A stretch of 64,000 nt of DNA. It comes from an uncultured Candidatus Saccharibacteria bacterium (GTDB lineage Bacteria > Patescibacteriota > Dojkabacteria > B142 > OLB20). Every line of letters starts with the position of its first letter. Position 1 is the first letter of the stretch. This document shows, piece after piece, positions 29,099 through 38,284 of the stretch. A model generated the notes under the pieces. That model was not told the DNA's origin, did no database searches, and worked only from the letters and a program-made list of their open reading frames with translations. The stretch covers positions 47,789-111,788 of the forward strand of contig CAYWVD010000002.1 in the NCBI GenBank assembly GCA_964461915.1. The letters are read 5' to 3'. A program made the position numbers and the translations under genes.

Positions 29099-30229
29099 TT
29101 ATTGAACCACTAAAACTTTTGTAGCCGAAACATCAATCAGTTTATAGTCTTTCCCTCTTTTTGAAAGGTCGGCAAAGATTATCAACAAATCCTCAAATTG
29201 GATTGAAGATTTTCGATTTAATCCAAAAATAATATATTTGCCATTATTTGATTCGAATCTTACCAACAATTCCCCCTCCCAATAGATCTCTTCAATTGGG
29301 ACATTCCTTTTATTTAAAAAACTTGAGGCCTCAAGGGTTAAATTTAATCTATCAATATCAATATCTTCATTTTCAGTGTAATTTGAATTGTTCAAAATTT
29401 TAACTTGCGGGAAAGCCTTGTATTTTGTGCCATCTACTATACTTTCGTTTAACTTCCAATATCCTTTTGCTTCAGAAATGTATAAATCTTTTAATGAATT
29501 TAATACGCGTTCCTTTTCATTAATATTGATCAGATCAAAAACAAATTGCTCACTTAGAGCCTTTTGTTGCTCCTCAGGAGTAACATCGTCGAGTCCCATT
29601 TTGATTAGGAATTCATTTTGAAGGACAGCCTTAACAAGTGGGTCCTCTGGGCTACCAAAGCCTCTTCCGATAATAATTTTATTATCAGAAAAATCCACTT
29701 CATTTTTAATTATTGTTGTTAGAATTCGGCCACTTTCATCAATTAAATATGCGCCGTTCAGATTAATCAATACAGCCTTAGGTTCTCGTTCAGATATTTT
29801 GATAAATAATTTATCTGGCCATATCTTATCAACAACGACACCATCAACTATTGGGAAAGATTTGAGAATTTGCTCTTCTACACTTTCGTTATTAGCTAAA
29901 TAAATATGAAGCCCATTATACCTATAGAGGCTTTCAATTATCTCGTTGTCAGTAATATTTTGATTACCGATGATTTGAAAGTTTTTTATCAAGAAGTAAG
30001 GATGCCTAACAAATTGATAGATTAAAGTGACAATAGTAGTCACTAAAATTATAAACAAAGCGCCAAAAAGGATTTTTTTGTATGGAAAATTTGAAAAAGC
30101 TCTTGCTCCACTTCTTTTTAACCCACCCGTTAAATTTTTAGGTTTATACAAGACTTTGGGCTCAAATTTATAATTGGCTTCAAAATTATCGGTTTTCTTT
30201 TTTCTGCGTTTAAAAAGGTTCCAGCCCAT
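29099..30229 (-). CDS. FtsQ/DivIB-like cell division protein (POTRA domain)
   Basis: It has a single N-terminal TM and a POTRA-like segment (FLIKNFQIIGNQNITDNEII) and sits upstream of ftsA-ftsZ. Confidence 0.55.
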   Translation of the reverse strand: MGWNLFKRRKKKTDNFEANYKFEPKVLYKPKNLTGGLKRSGARAFSNFPYKKILFGALFIILVTTIVTLIYQFVRHPYFLIKNFQIIGNQNITDNEIIESLYRYNGLHIYLANNESVEEQILKSFPIVDGVVVDKIWPDKLFIKISEREPKAVLINLNGAYLIDESGRILTTIIKNEVDFSDNKIIIGRGFGSPEDPLVKAVLQNEFLIKMGLDDVTPEEQQKALSEQFVFDLININEKERVLNSLKDLYISEAKGYWKLNESIVDGTKYKAFPQVKILNNSNYTENEDIDIDRLNLTLEASSFLNKRNVPIEEIYWEGELLVRFESNNGKYIIFGLNRKSSIQFEDLLIIFADLSKRGKDYKLIDVSATKVLVVQ

Positions 30230-30298
30230 AAAAGAACTTAATATAAGTAATTCTTATTTTACACAAGAACTGGAAATGTTTGTATTGAATTTACGAAA

Positions 30299-30568
30299 TT
30301 ATCCTAATTTGAGTTCTCTCTTTAGTTTTTTTACTTCTTCTTCGTTAGTCGAATCAAGTAAATATTTCATTAAGCGAGATCTTTTACCGACCATTCCAAG
30401 TAAACCTCTTCTGGAGTGTTTATCTTTTTTATGAGTCTTTAAATGCTCGGATAATTCGTTGATTTGATAGGTTAATAGAGCGATCTGAACTTGTGGAGAA
30501 CCTGTATCGGTTTCATTAGTTCTGAATTTCTCAACTATCTGTTGCTTTACTTCTTTGGTAAGAGCCAT
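30299..30568 (-). CDS. rpsO: 30S ribosomal protein S15
   Basis: 89 aa with [36 protein letters not shown]. Confidence 0.95.
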   Translation of the reverse strand: MALTKEVKQQIVEKFRTNETDTGSPQVQIALLTYQINELSEHLKTHKKDKHSRRGLLGMVGKRSRLMKYLLDSTNEEEVKKLKRELKLG

Positions 30569-30692
30569 TGTGTTTTTTTAATAAATAAACTAGATACCTT
30601 CGCTTAAGAATTTCACTACAAGCCAAAGTATAAGTCGCGCCTTTATTTTTTATATAAAGACAATACAATTATAATAAATAATGGCGATATAA

Positions 30693-31022
30693 TCAACTAT
30701 TTATATAGTAGTTGAGCTTATCCATTAAGTCTTGTTCTGATCTTAAACCAACAATTGTTTCTTGAGCCTGACCATCTTTAAAAATCACAATAGTCGGAAT
30801 ACTCATGATATGAAAGGCCATGGCCGTTTGTCCATTCTCATCCACATCGAGCTTACCGACTTTTACAGCTTGGTTGTTAGCTAATTTTGTTGCAATTGAA
30901 TCAACAATTGGGCCTTGAATTCTGCATGGACCACACCATGTAGCCCAAAAATCAACCAAGGCAACTCCTTTAAATTCTGCTATTTCCTTTTGAAAGGACG
31001 CATCAGTTAGTACTAAAGCCAT
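30693..31022 (-). CDS. trxA: Thioredoxin
   Basis: The WCGPC active site is present (FWATWCGPCR). Confidence 0.95.
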   Translation of the reverse strand: MALVLTDASFQKEIAEFKGVALVDFWATWCGPCRIQGPIVDSIATKLANNQAVKVGKLDVDENGQTAMAFHIMSIPTIVIFKDGQAQETIVGLRSEQDLMDKLNYYINS

Positions 31023-31048
31023 TTTTAAAAAACTATAAATTTAAATAA

Positions 31049-31345
31049 TTATTTTTTACTAGGTTCAACTCTCTTTTCAGTTTGAGGTTGAAATCTTCCA
31101 GTTATTTCTTTAATTTTTGGTTCCACTTCTTTTCTGATCTTTGTGATCTGAGGCATAACCTCTTTCTTTTGAAAGTCATCGACCGCATCAAGAGAGTTTT
31201 TGATTACTTTTTCGCCACCCTTTTTAAGTTTTTGAATTGTCTTATCACCACTCTCAGGAGCAACTAAAATACCTACACCTGCGCCAACCAATCCGCCTAA
31301 TAACAATCCGGCTAGAAAATATATTGTCCCGTCTTTATTTTCCAT
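31049..31345 (-). CDS. YtxH-like (DUF948) small membrane protein
   Basis: FLAGLLLGGLVGAGVGILVAPESGDKT matches the YtxH glycine-zipper motif. Confidence 0.5.
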   Translation of the reverse strand: MENKDGTIYFLAGLLLGGLVGAGVGILVAPESGDKTIQKLKKGGEKVIKNSLDAVDDFQKKEVMPQITKIRKEVEPKIKEITGRFQPQTEKRVEPSKK

Positions 31346-31378
31346 TGTTAAAATTTTTTAAAAAATAATATAAATTGA

Positions 31379-31711
31379 TTAATCGTTAGATTCTTTTGTT
31401 GATTTCCCTATGAACCCCATACCTGGTATGTTTTTAAGAAATCCCACCAATTTAGTTAATGGTACAAAAACACCTCGAGTAAATCCACTTACCGACTCTA
31501 ATATTGATTTTACCTGTTCGATAATATAGTCATAATCGCCAGTGAATTTTTCCATCACTTCACTAACCAAATGCAATATAAAATTTGATTCCTTAACAGT
31601 ATCAACAAGCCCACCTAGGATTCGCATCATTTGAACAGACAAGCCAACCAGACTAAAAGCAATTGATAACACCAAAATGAGTTTGACTAAATCGTCGATA
31701 GTAATCGTCAT
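31379..31711 (-). CDS. Hypothetical small membrane protein
   Basis: 110 aa with one N-terminal TM. Confidence 0.35.
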   Translation of the reverse strand: MTITIDDLVKLILVLSIAFSLVGLSVQMMRILGGLVDTVKESNFILHLVSEVMEKFTGDYDYIIEQVKSILESVSGFTRGVFVPLTKLVGFLKNIPGMGFIGKSTKESND

Positions 31712-31787
31712 AATAATAGAAAAATAATATATATTTAATTATTCCACAAGTTTATATTTTAAGCAATTACAGGGCCAAATGAGCAAG

Positions 31788-32630
31788 CTAGTTTTTTGAA
31801 TTTTCAATTTTTATTAGTTCGAGCCCACCAAAAATTGCAGAAAGATCTTTGTGTTTAGCGATTAAAAATTTTGGGGCTTTAACAATTTTCAAACCATTTT
31901 CGACTTTTTTGGAAATCAATTCAACTATTTCTGGCTGATTGATCGAAACACCGCCTCCCATAACAACATAGTCTGTAGAAGAGATACTTAATATATTTAT
32001 TAATCCTTGCACCATAAATGGGACAATACTCTTCCATTCAGACAGGATCAAATTTGAAGGATGAGTATTGAATTTTTTCTGAATGGCCTTGCCACTTGCT
32101 AAAGAATCCCAACAGCCCACTTGACCGCATCTACACCCAGGATAGGTCGAACCCATTGAATGATGTCCGATTTCAGATGCCAATACAAGTCTGTAACCAT
32201 TATTTACCTTTACTAAAGCGCCTCCTATTCCGCTACCCCAATTCACATACCAAAAGGACTTATCTTTTTGCAGGCCTGAAACCTCTCCAAGAGCAGCCAT
32301 ATAAGTATCGTTCTGGATAAATACAGGACAAGAAAATTCTTTTTCAAAAAGATCTTTTAAATTTATATTTTCCCAAGACTTTAAATTTATAGCATTAATA
32401 AGCTTAAATTTTTCTAAATCTAAAGAACCAGCCATTGCCATTGCTATCCCCTCGATTTTATCTTCTTTTATATTTCGAATCTCTTTGATTTTTTTAAAGA
32501 TTTCAAACCGATCTTCCTTAAAATTATTGTTCAATTTTAAATACTCGACATTAAATGGTTTAGTCGATTTAAGACTGTCAAAAAATCCAAGCCTACAGTT
32601 TGTACCACCAATATCTAAAATTACGAACAT
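31788..32630 (-). CDS. ROK-family sugar kinase (glucokinase-like)
   Basis: ILDIGGTNCRLG at the start and the ROK Zn motif GHHSMGSTYPGCRCGQVGCWDS. The start is set at the internal MFVILDIGG, because the longer ORF would overlap rpmH. Confidence 0.75.
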   Translation of the reverse strand: MFVILDIGGTNCRLGFFDSLKSTKPFNVEYLKLNNNFKEDRFEIFKKIKEIRNIKEDKIEGIAMAMAGSLDLEKFKLINAINLKSWENINLKDLFEKEFSCPVFIQNDTYMAALGEVSGLQKDKSFWYVNWGSGIGGALVKVNNGYRLVLASEIGHHSMGSTYPGCRCGQVGCWDSLASGKAIQKKFNTHPSNLILSEWKSIVPFMVQGLINILSISSTDYVVMGGGVSINQPEIVELISKKVENGLKIVKAPKFLIAKHKDLSAIFGGLELIKIENSKN

Positions 32631-32723
32631 TTTGAACAAATAATATGATTTTACTCTATAATTAAGTTCCTTAAAAAACAAGTTTATGTTAAAATACATC
32701 GTGCTATTTAGATTATTAAAGTT

Positions 32724-32915
32724 ATGGCTAAAACTAGAAGAACATATCAACCGCATAAAACAAAGAGGATTAACACTCATGGATTTATGTCCAGAAATGC
32801 TACTCCCGGCGGACAAAATGTTTTAAAAAATAGAAGAAGCAAAGGCAGACATGAACTTACCGTTTCTGACGAAGTAAGACCAAACAAAGCCAAACGCTTT
32901 AAAAGATTAAAATAA
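32724..32915 (+). CDS. rpmH: 50S ribosomal protein L34 (with C-terminal extension)
   Basis: The L34 core is [47 protein letters not shown], immediately followed by rnpA. Confidence 0.9.
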   Translation: MAKTRRTYQPHKTKRINTHGFMSRNATPGGQNVLKNRRSKGRHELTVSDEVRPNKAKRFKRLK

Positions 32916-33272
32916 ATGCTTTCCAAAAAAAACAGACTTAAAGGAACAGCTAATTTTGAAAAGATTTTTAAATATGGAGAAAAGTTTTTTTCTCCATATT
33001 TTGTTGCATACCGATTAAAACATGAAATTGAAGAATCTGAAAGCATTGAGGGCCTAAAATTGGAGCCCTACACGCCCAGGATCGGCTTTATCGCCAGCAA
33101 AAAGGTTGGTGGCGCTGTACAAAGAAACCGGGCCCGCAGAATGTTAAGCGAAGCAATTAGACTCAATATAATCGAAGAAGCACACCCCGCTGATTATATT
33201 TTCATTATAAAAAAAGAGCTTCTAGCTTCCTCAGTTGAGATACTCAAGGAAGAGACTAAAAAATATTTATAG
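32916..33272 (+). CDS. rnpA: RNase P protein component
   Basis: RIGFIASKKVGGAVQRNRARRMLSEAIR is present, in the classic rpmH-rnpA arrangement. Confidence 0.9.
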   Translation: MLSKKNRLKGTANFEKIFKYGEKFFSPYFVAYRLKHEIEESESIEGLKLEPYTPRIGFIASKKVGGAVQRNRARRMLSEAIRLNIIEEAHPADYIFIIKKELLASSVEILKEETKKYL

Positions 33273-33304
33273 ATTTTCCAAAAAGGTATAAAAATAATTA
33301 TAAA

Positions 33305-33329
33305 AAAGCCCTCCTTAGAAAGGAGGGCT
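33305..33329. terminator. Bidirectional intrinsic terminator hairpin between convergent rnpA and rpsG
   Basis: A perfect 11-bp stem (AAGCCCTCCTT / AAGGAGGGCTT) with a 3-4 nt loop, flanked by A/T runs on both sides. Confidence 0.6.
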
Positions 33330-33349
33330 TAATTAATTCTATTAAAAGA

Positions 33350-33820
33350 TTACCAGTTCAAATGACTGAAAGCCTTGTTAGCTTCGGCCATCTTATGAAC
33401 TTCTTCTCTCTTTTTATATGCAGAGCCTTCTTTGTTGAAAGCGCTGAATAATTGATTTGTAAGACTTTCGATTGAATCTTTACCACCACGACCCTCTTTT
33501 GCAGCCTTCAAGATCCATCTCATTGCTAATGAAAGCTGTCTGCTCTCCGTTACTGGGACTGGAACTTGATAGTTTGCACCACCAACTCTTCGCGATCTAA
33601 GTTCAATTTTTGGTCTAACATTTTCTAGAGCTTTCATAAAAGCTTCTAGTTCGCCTAGTTTTGTTTTTTCTGCAAGTTTTGACATTGCACTATAAACTAT
33701 TTTTTCGGCGATTGTTTTTTTACCATCAATCATTAAATAATTGATGAATTGAGCAACAACTGGACTATTAAATTTTGTGTCCGGTTGTACTTTTTTGATT
33801 TTGGCTTGATGACCTCTCAT
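33350..33820 (-). CDS. rpsG: 30S ribosomal protein S7
   Basis: 156 aa with the S7 family pattern (KKTIAEKIVYSAM...ELRSRRVGGANYQVP). Confidence 0.95.
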   Translation of the reverse strand: MRGHQAKIKKVQPDTKFNSPVVAQFINYLMIDGKKTIAEKIVYSAMSKLAEKTKLGELEAFMKALENVRPKIELRSRRVGGANYQVPVPVTESRQLSLAMRWILKAAKEGRGGKDSIESLTNQLFSAFNKEGSAYKKREEVHKMAEANKAFSHLNW

Positions 33821-33842
33821 GTTTCGTTTCTTTTATTCAAAA

Positions 33843-34301
33843 TTAATTATTTGCTGTCTTTTTAGGTCGTTTGGTACCGTATCTTGATCTTCCTTGTCTT
33901 CTTTTATCGATTCCGGCTGTATCATAGATACCTCTAACAACCTCGTATTTAACTCCAGGAAGATCAGGTGTTCTTCCGGCTTTCACGAGAACGACAGAGT
34001 GCTCTTGTAGATTATGGCCTTCTCCTGGGATATAGGCGATGATCTCCTGCTTATTTGATAAACGCACCTTTGCAACTTTTCGAAGTGCAGAGTTTGGTTT
34101 TTTAGGAGTCCTTGTGTAGACAGCTAAACAAACACCCCTTCTAAAAGGATTATTTGCTCTAGTGAATTTATTTTGCAAACTGTTGTAGTTGAACTGCAAC
34201 TGTTTGTATTTTACTATTTCATTAAATTCTAGCCCTTTGTAAAAGACAGTACCCTTTTTAGGTGATCTTGCCTTATGGACTAATTGTGATATTCTTGGCA
34301 T
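33843..34301 (-). CDS. rpsL: 30S ribosomal protein S12 (with an ~30-aa N-terminal insertion)
   Basis: It has the conserved [16 protein letters not shown]...[29 protein letters not shown], plus an extra segment [29 protein letters not shown] after the N-terminal KKG. Confidence 0.95.
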   Translation of the reverse strand: MPRISQLVHKARSPKKGTVFYKGLEFNEIVKYKQLQFNYNSLQNKFTRANNPFRRGVCLAVYTRTPKKPNSALRKVAKVRLSNKQEIIAYIPGEGHNLQEHSVVLVKAGRTPDLPGVKYEVVRGIYDTAGIDKRRQGRSRYGTKRPKKTANN

Positions 34302-34391
34302 TTTTTTTAAAACAATTACTTAAATAATTTTCAAATAAGCCTTTGATCTATCCTCGTGAGTGAAAGATCCAGCATTTAGGCTTTAAATAAA

Positions 34392-37300
34392 TTAACGAAC
34401 TTCGTCCCCTAGTGGAACAGTCCTACCGATTATAACATTTTCTTTCAATCCTCTCAATTCATCGACCTTTCCTGTAATGGCTGCTTCACTCAAAACTCTT
34501 ACCTGTTGTTCAAATGAAGAAGCAGATAAGAAACTCTCAGTCTTGATTGCGGCCATTGTAATACCGACTAATTGTCTTTCATATTTTGCAGGTTTGAGAT
34601 CTTTTTCTTTTAAGACTCTATTTTCTTCATCGATCATGTTCCTATCAATAAAGTTTCCTGGCAAGTATTGTGAATCGCCTGGTTCGGTTACTTTACAGAA
34701 TCTGGACATTTGTCTAACGATACATTCGACATGTTTGTCATCGATTGCAATACCCTGGATTCCGTAGGTCTCTTGGATATTATCAATCAAATACCTTTGT
34801 GATGATAATATATCTGTCTTATCCATCAATTCCTTTGGATCGATTGAACCATCAGTTAATTTGGTACCTTTGATGACACTTGCATGATCCTCAACTAGAA
34901 GTGCGTCTTTTTCAGTGATTTCATAATCTTCTTCGAAGACTTTTTCCATTGTAACGACTAAGTCGTCGCCTTCTCGGACGGCTTTACCGGCTCCGACTGC
35001 TGTTATATTATCCCCATTTGCTTTGGTGTAGATAACATCTCCAGCCTTTAAGGTCTTGGTTTTTTGGATCTTAGTAATATCTTTTTCTTCTAGAGTGAAT
35101 CTCTTAGTTACTAACTCTTTGTTGAGTAATTTGATTCCAACAATTTGACCTGCATCATCTTTGGTTAATGAAACTTCGCCATCAATTCCAGCAATGATTG
35201 CCTTTGATTTTGGAGTTCTTGCTTCGAACAATTCTTCGACTCTAGGTAAACCTTGTGTGATATCAGTTCCAGCTCTACCCGAAAGATGCTTGGTGTTTAA
35301 AGTAAGCTGAGTTGCAGCTTCACCCATGGATTGTGCAGCGATTATACCTACTGCAGTTCCTTTATTTACCAACTTCTTGGTTGAAAGGCTGTATCCATAA
35401 CACTTTTGACATACTCCGTAGTTAAGTTGGCAAGTTAGGACTGATCTGATCTTTGCAGATTCGACACCAGCATCCTCGATTGTTTTTGCGATTTCTGGAG
35501 TGATGATTTCTTGAGCTTTAATCAAGATTTCACCAGTCTTTGGATCTGCAATTTTTTCTGCGGCGACTCTTCCTGCTAATCTATCAGCAAAACTAATTCT
35601 TCTATTTTGAGATTTGAAAATGGTGATCCCGTCTTTTGTTCCGCAATCATCTTCTTTAGTGATCAAATCTTGAGCAACATCGCAAAGTCTTCTGGTTAAA
35701 TAACCTGATTCAGCAGTTTTAAGTGCGGTATCAGCCAAACCCTTTCTTGTACCTCTTGCTGCGACAAAGTATTCAAGAGCCGACAATCCTTCTTTGTAGT
35801 TGGATCTAAGTGGCAATTGTACAATGTGGCCCGATGGATCAAGGATCAAACCTCTAACACCTGAGATTTGTCTCAATGGATTTTCTACTGGAATTGCACC
35901 TGATTGTTGCAATTTTACTAGGTTGTTATCTGGTTTTGATAAATAATTCTCCCAGTTGTCTTTTGCAATCTTTTCAATGATGTCCATCCAGATTTTTTCA
36001 AACAATCTCTTTCTTTCATCTTCGGTGATTAAACCGTTGTAATAATCATTGGTTAATTGGTCTTCCTTCTTTTCAATTTCTTCCAAGAATTTATTCTTGT
36101 TAGGACTGATCATGAAGTCATCCATACCTACTGTTAAGGCTGATTCAGTTGCATATTTGAATCCTAGCGCTTCGATATTGTTCAAAAATTCGATTGTGGC
36201 CTCAGATCCAAGTTTGTTGAAAATAGAACTTGAAAGTTTTGCAATTTCACTTTTATTGAATGATTTATTCAAAAACCCGAATGCTTTTTGAGCTTCTAAC
36301 GGTAAGTTTTGGTTGAAGATAAGTCTTCCGACTGATGTATCTGTGATTTTTCCATCAACAATAACTTTTATCTGTTCTCTTAATTTTAATTCGTCATTTT
36401 GGTATCTTCCGATTGCTTCGTCGATACTACCGAAATATTTGGGTTTTTCAACTTCTTCTAATCCTGTTAAGTGGAAAACTCCAAGTGCCATGTCTTTTTC
36501 AACATTGATTACTGGATTTCCATCGGCATTTAGAAGAATGTTTGATTTTGCAAACATTTTTTCTATAGCTTCTTCGATTGCTGCGGTTGATAAAGGTACA
36601 TGAACTGCCATTTGATCTCCATCAAAGTCAGCATTAAAACCTCTACAAACCATTGGATGCAATCTTATTGCGTTTCCTTCGATCAAGGTTGGGAAGAATG
36701 CCTGAATACCTTGTTTATGCAAGGTAGGAGCTCTATTTAATAGGACTGGTCTACCTTGAATAACTTTTTCGAGTAAGTCCCAAACCTCTGGTGCTTTTGA
36801 TTCAAAGAACAACTTTGCACTTTTAATATTTGGAGCTAATCCTTCAACAATAATTTGTCTTAAAACAAATGGTTTAAATAACTCTAATGCCATAGTTTTT
36901 GGAAGACCACACTCACTGATCTTTAATTCTGGACCAGATACAATGACAGATCTACCCGAATAATCGACTCGTTTACCAAGCAAGTTTTGTCTAAATCTAC
37001 CTTGTTTACCTCTTAACATATCTGATAATGATTTGTATGGTAAGCCTCTTGAGTTTAGTACAGGATTCCCTGGTCTATGATCATTATCGACTAATGCATC
37101 AACAGATTCTTGAAGCATTCTCTTTTCATTTCTTAAAATGATTTCAGGAGCTCCGAGGGTCATCAATCTTTTTAAACGATTGTTTCTGTTGATCACTCTT
37201 CTATAAAGATCATTTAGATCGCTAGTAGCAAATCTTCCACCTGGCAATTGAATAATAGGTCTTAAATCTGGTGGGATTACGGGCAAATTATCCATTACTA

Positions 37301-38252
37301 TCCATGATGGAAGAATAGCAGCATTTAACATGCCTTCGAGTACTCTTAATCTTTGAATTAGTTTTCTTCTCTTTGGAATTGATCTTGTTTCAAGCATATC
37401 TTTATCGATTTGGTCTAATTCAGATTTGATATCGATTTTCTCTAATACTTTTTTGATAGCTTCTGCGCCCATTTCGGCAGTAAAGAATACTGCATCAAAA
37501 TCTCTCAGTAATGACATATCATCTTCTGAAAGAGTTGCGCATTCTTCGATTTGTTCGACCAATTCTAGAATATCTTTGTATTTATTTATTAAATTTGTCT
37601 CTTTTTGGCTATAAACAGATTTAACTTTTGCAAGTTCTTTTCTAAGATCGTTATTGATCTTGTCGAGTTTGAAGTTCAACTTCTTTTTATCCTCTTCTTC
37701 TTTTTTGGCTGTTGCAATAACTTCTCCAAAAGAGGTTTCTGTTTCTTTTAACTTCTCATTTAATTCGTCAGTATTTGCTTTAAGGTCAGATTCTTTTCTT
37801 TCTTTAATATTTTCGATGACACTTGCTTTCTTTTCAGCATCGAATTCTGTGACTAAGTAACGAGCGAAGTATATTACAGTTTCGAGTTTTTTCTGGGTAA
37901 TCCCTAAAATTATTGCTAATTTATTAGGTACGCCATGAGCAAACCACACATGTGTAACAGGTGAAGCCAATTTGATATGGCCCATTCTTTCTCTACGGAC
38001 TCTTTTATGGGTGACTTCAACACCGCACTTATCGCAGATTATCCCTTTGTATCGGATCTTTTTATATTTTCCACAATAACATTCAAAGTTTTTGGTAGGA
38101 CCGAAAATCTTTTCGTCCATTAAGCCATCTACTTCGGGCCTATGGGTCCTGTAGTTAATGGTTTCAGCTTTTCTAACTTCTCCAAAACTCCAATTAAGGA
38201 TCTGTTCTGGTGAAGCTATACTTAACTTTAGAGCTTTAAAATCTTTAATCAT
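34392..38252 (-). CDS. rpoC: DNA-directed RNA polymerase beta' subunit
   Basis: 1286 aa with the Zn finger (CYCGKYKKIRYKGIICDKCGV) and NADFDGDQMAVH at the catalytic site. Confidence 0.97.
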   Translation of the reverse strand: MIKDFKALKLSIASPEQILNWSFGEVRKAETINYRTHRPEVDGLMDEKIFGPTKNFECYCGKYKKIRYKGIICDKCGVEVTHKRVRRERMGHIKLASPVTHVWFAHGVPNKLAIILGITQKKLETVIYFARYLVTEFDAEKKASVIENIKERKESDLKANTDELNEKLKETETSFGEVIATAKKEEEDKKKLNFKLDKINNDLRKELAKVKSVYSQKETNLINKYKDILELVEQIEECATLSEDDMSLLRDFDAVFFTAEMGAEAIKKVLEKIDIKSELDQIDKDMLETRSIPKRRKLIQRLRVLEGMLNAAILPSWIVMDNLPVIPPDLRPIIQLPGGRFATSDLNDLYRRVINRNNRLKRLMTLGAPEIILRNEKRMLQESVDALVDNDHRPGNPVLNSRGLPYKSLSDMLRGKQGRFRQNLLGKRVDYSGRSVIVSGPELKISECGLPKTMALELFKPFVLRQIIVEGLAPNIKSAKLFFESKAPEVWDLLEKVIQGRPVLLNRAPTLHKQGIQAFFPTLIEGNAIRLHPMVCRGFNADFDGDQMAVHVPLSTAAIEEAIEKMFAKSNILLNADGNPVINVEKDMALGVFHLTGLEEVEKPKYFGSIDEAIGRYQNDELKLREQIKVIVDGKITDTSVGRLIFNQNLPLEAQKAFGFLNKSFNKSEIAKLSSSIFNKLGSEATIEFLNNIEALGFKYATESALTVGMDDFMISPNKNKFLEEIEKKEDQLTNDYYNGLITEDERKRLFEKIWMDIIEKIAKDNWENYLSKPDNNLVKLQQSGAIPVENPLRQISGVRGLILDPSGHIVQLPLRSNYKEGLSALEYFVAARGTRKGLADTALKTAESGYLTRRLCDVAQDLITKEDDCGTKDGITIFKSQNRRISFADRLAGRVAAEKIADPKTGEILIKAQEIITPEIAKTIEDAGVESAKIRSVLTCQLNYGVCQKCYGYSLSTKKLVNKGTAVGIIAAQSMGEAATQLTLNTKHLSGRAGTDITQGLPRVEELFEARTPKSKAIIAGIDGEVSLTKDDAGQIVGIKLLNKELVTKRFTLEEKDITKIQKTKTLKAGDVIYTKANGDNITAVGAGKAVREGDDLVVTMEKVFEEDYEITEKDALLVEDHASVIKGTKLTDGSIDPKELMDKTDILSSQRYLIDNIQETYGIQGIAIDDKHVECIVRQMSRFCKVTEPGDSQYLPGNFIDRNMIDEENRVLKEKDLKPAKYERQLVGITMAAIKTESFLSASSFEQQVRVLSEAAITGKVDELRGLKENVIIGRTVPLGDEVR

Positions 38253-38284
38253 AAGTATTAATTAATAAATGGTTAATAAATTAC

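Noticed and set aside
18688-30568. rpsO not adjacent to pnp (the usual rpsO-pnp operon is split, 10 kb apart on opposite strands)
   Set aside because: It is real but minor synteny variation. I have no evidence of functional consequence, so it is not listed as a finding.
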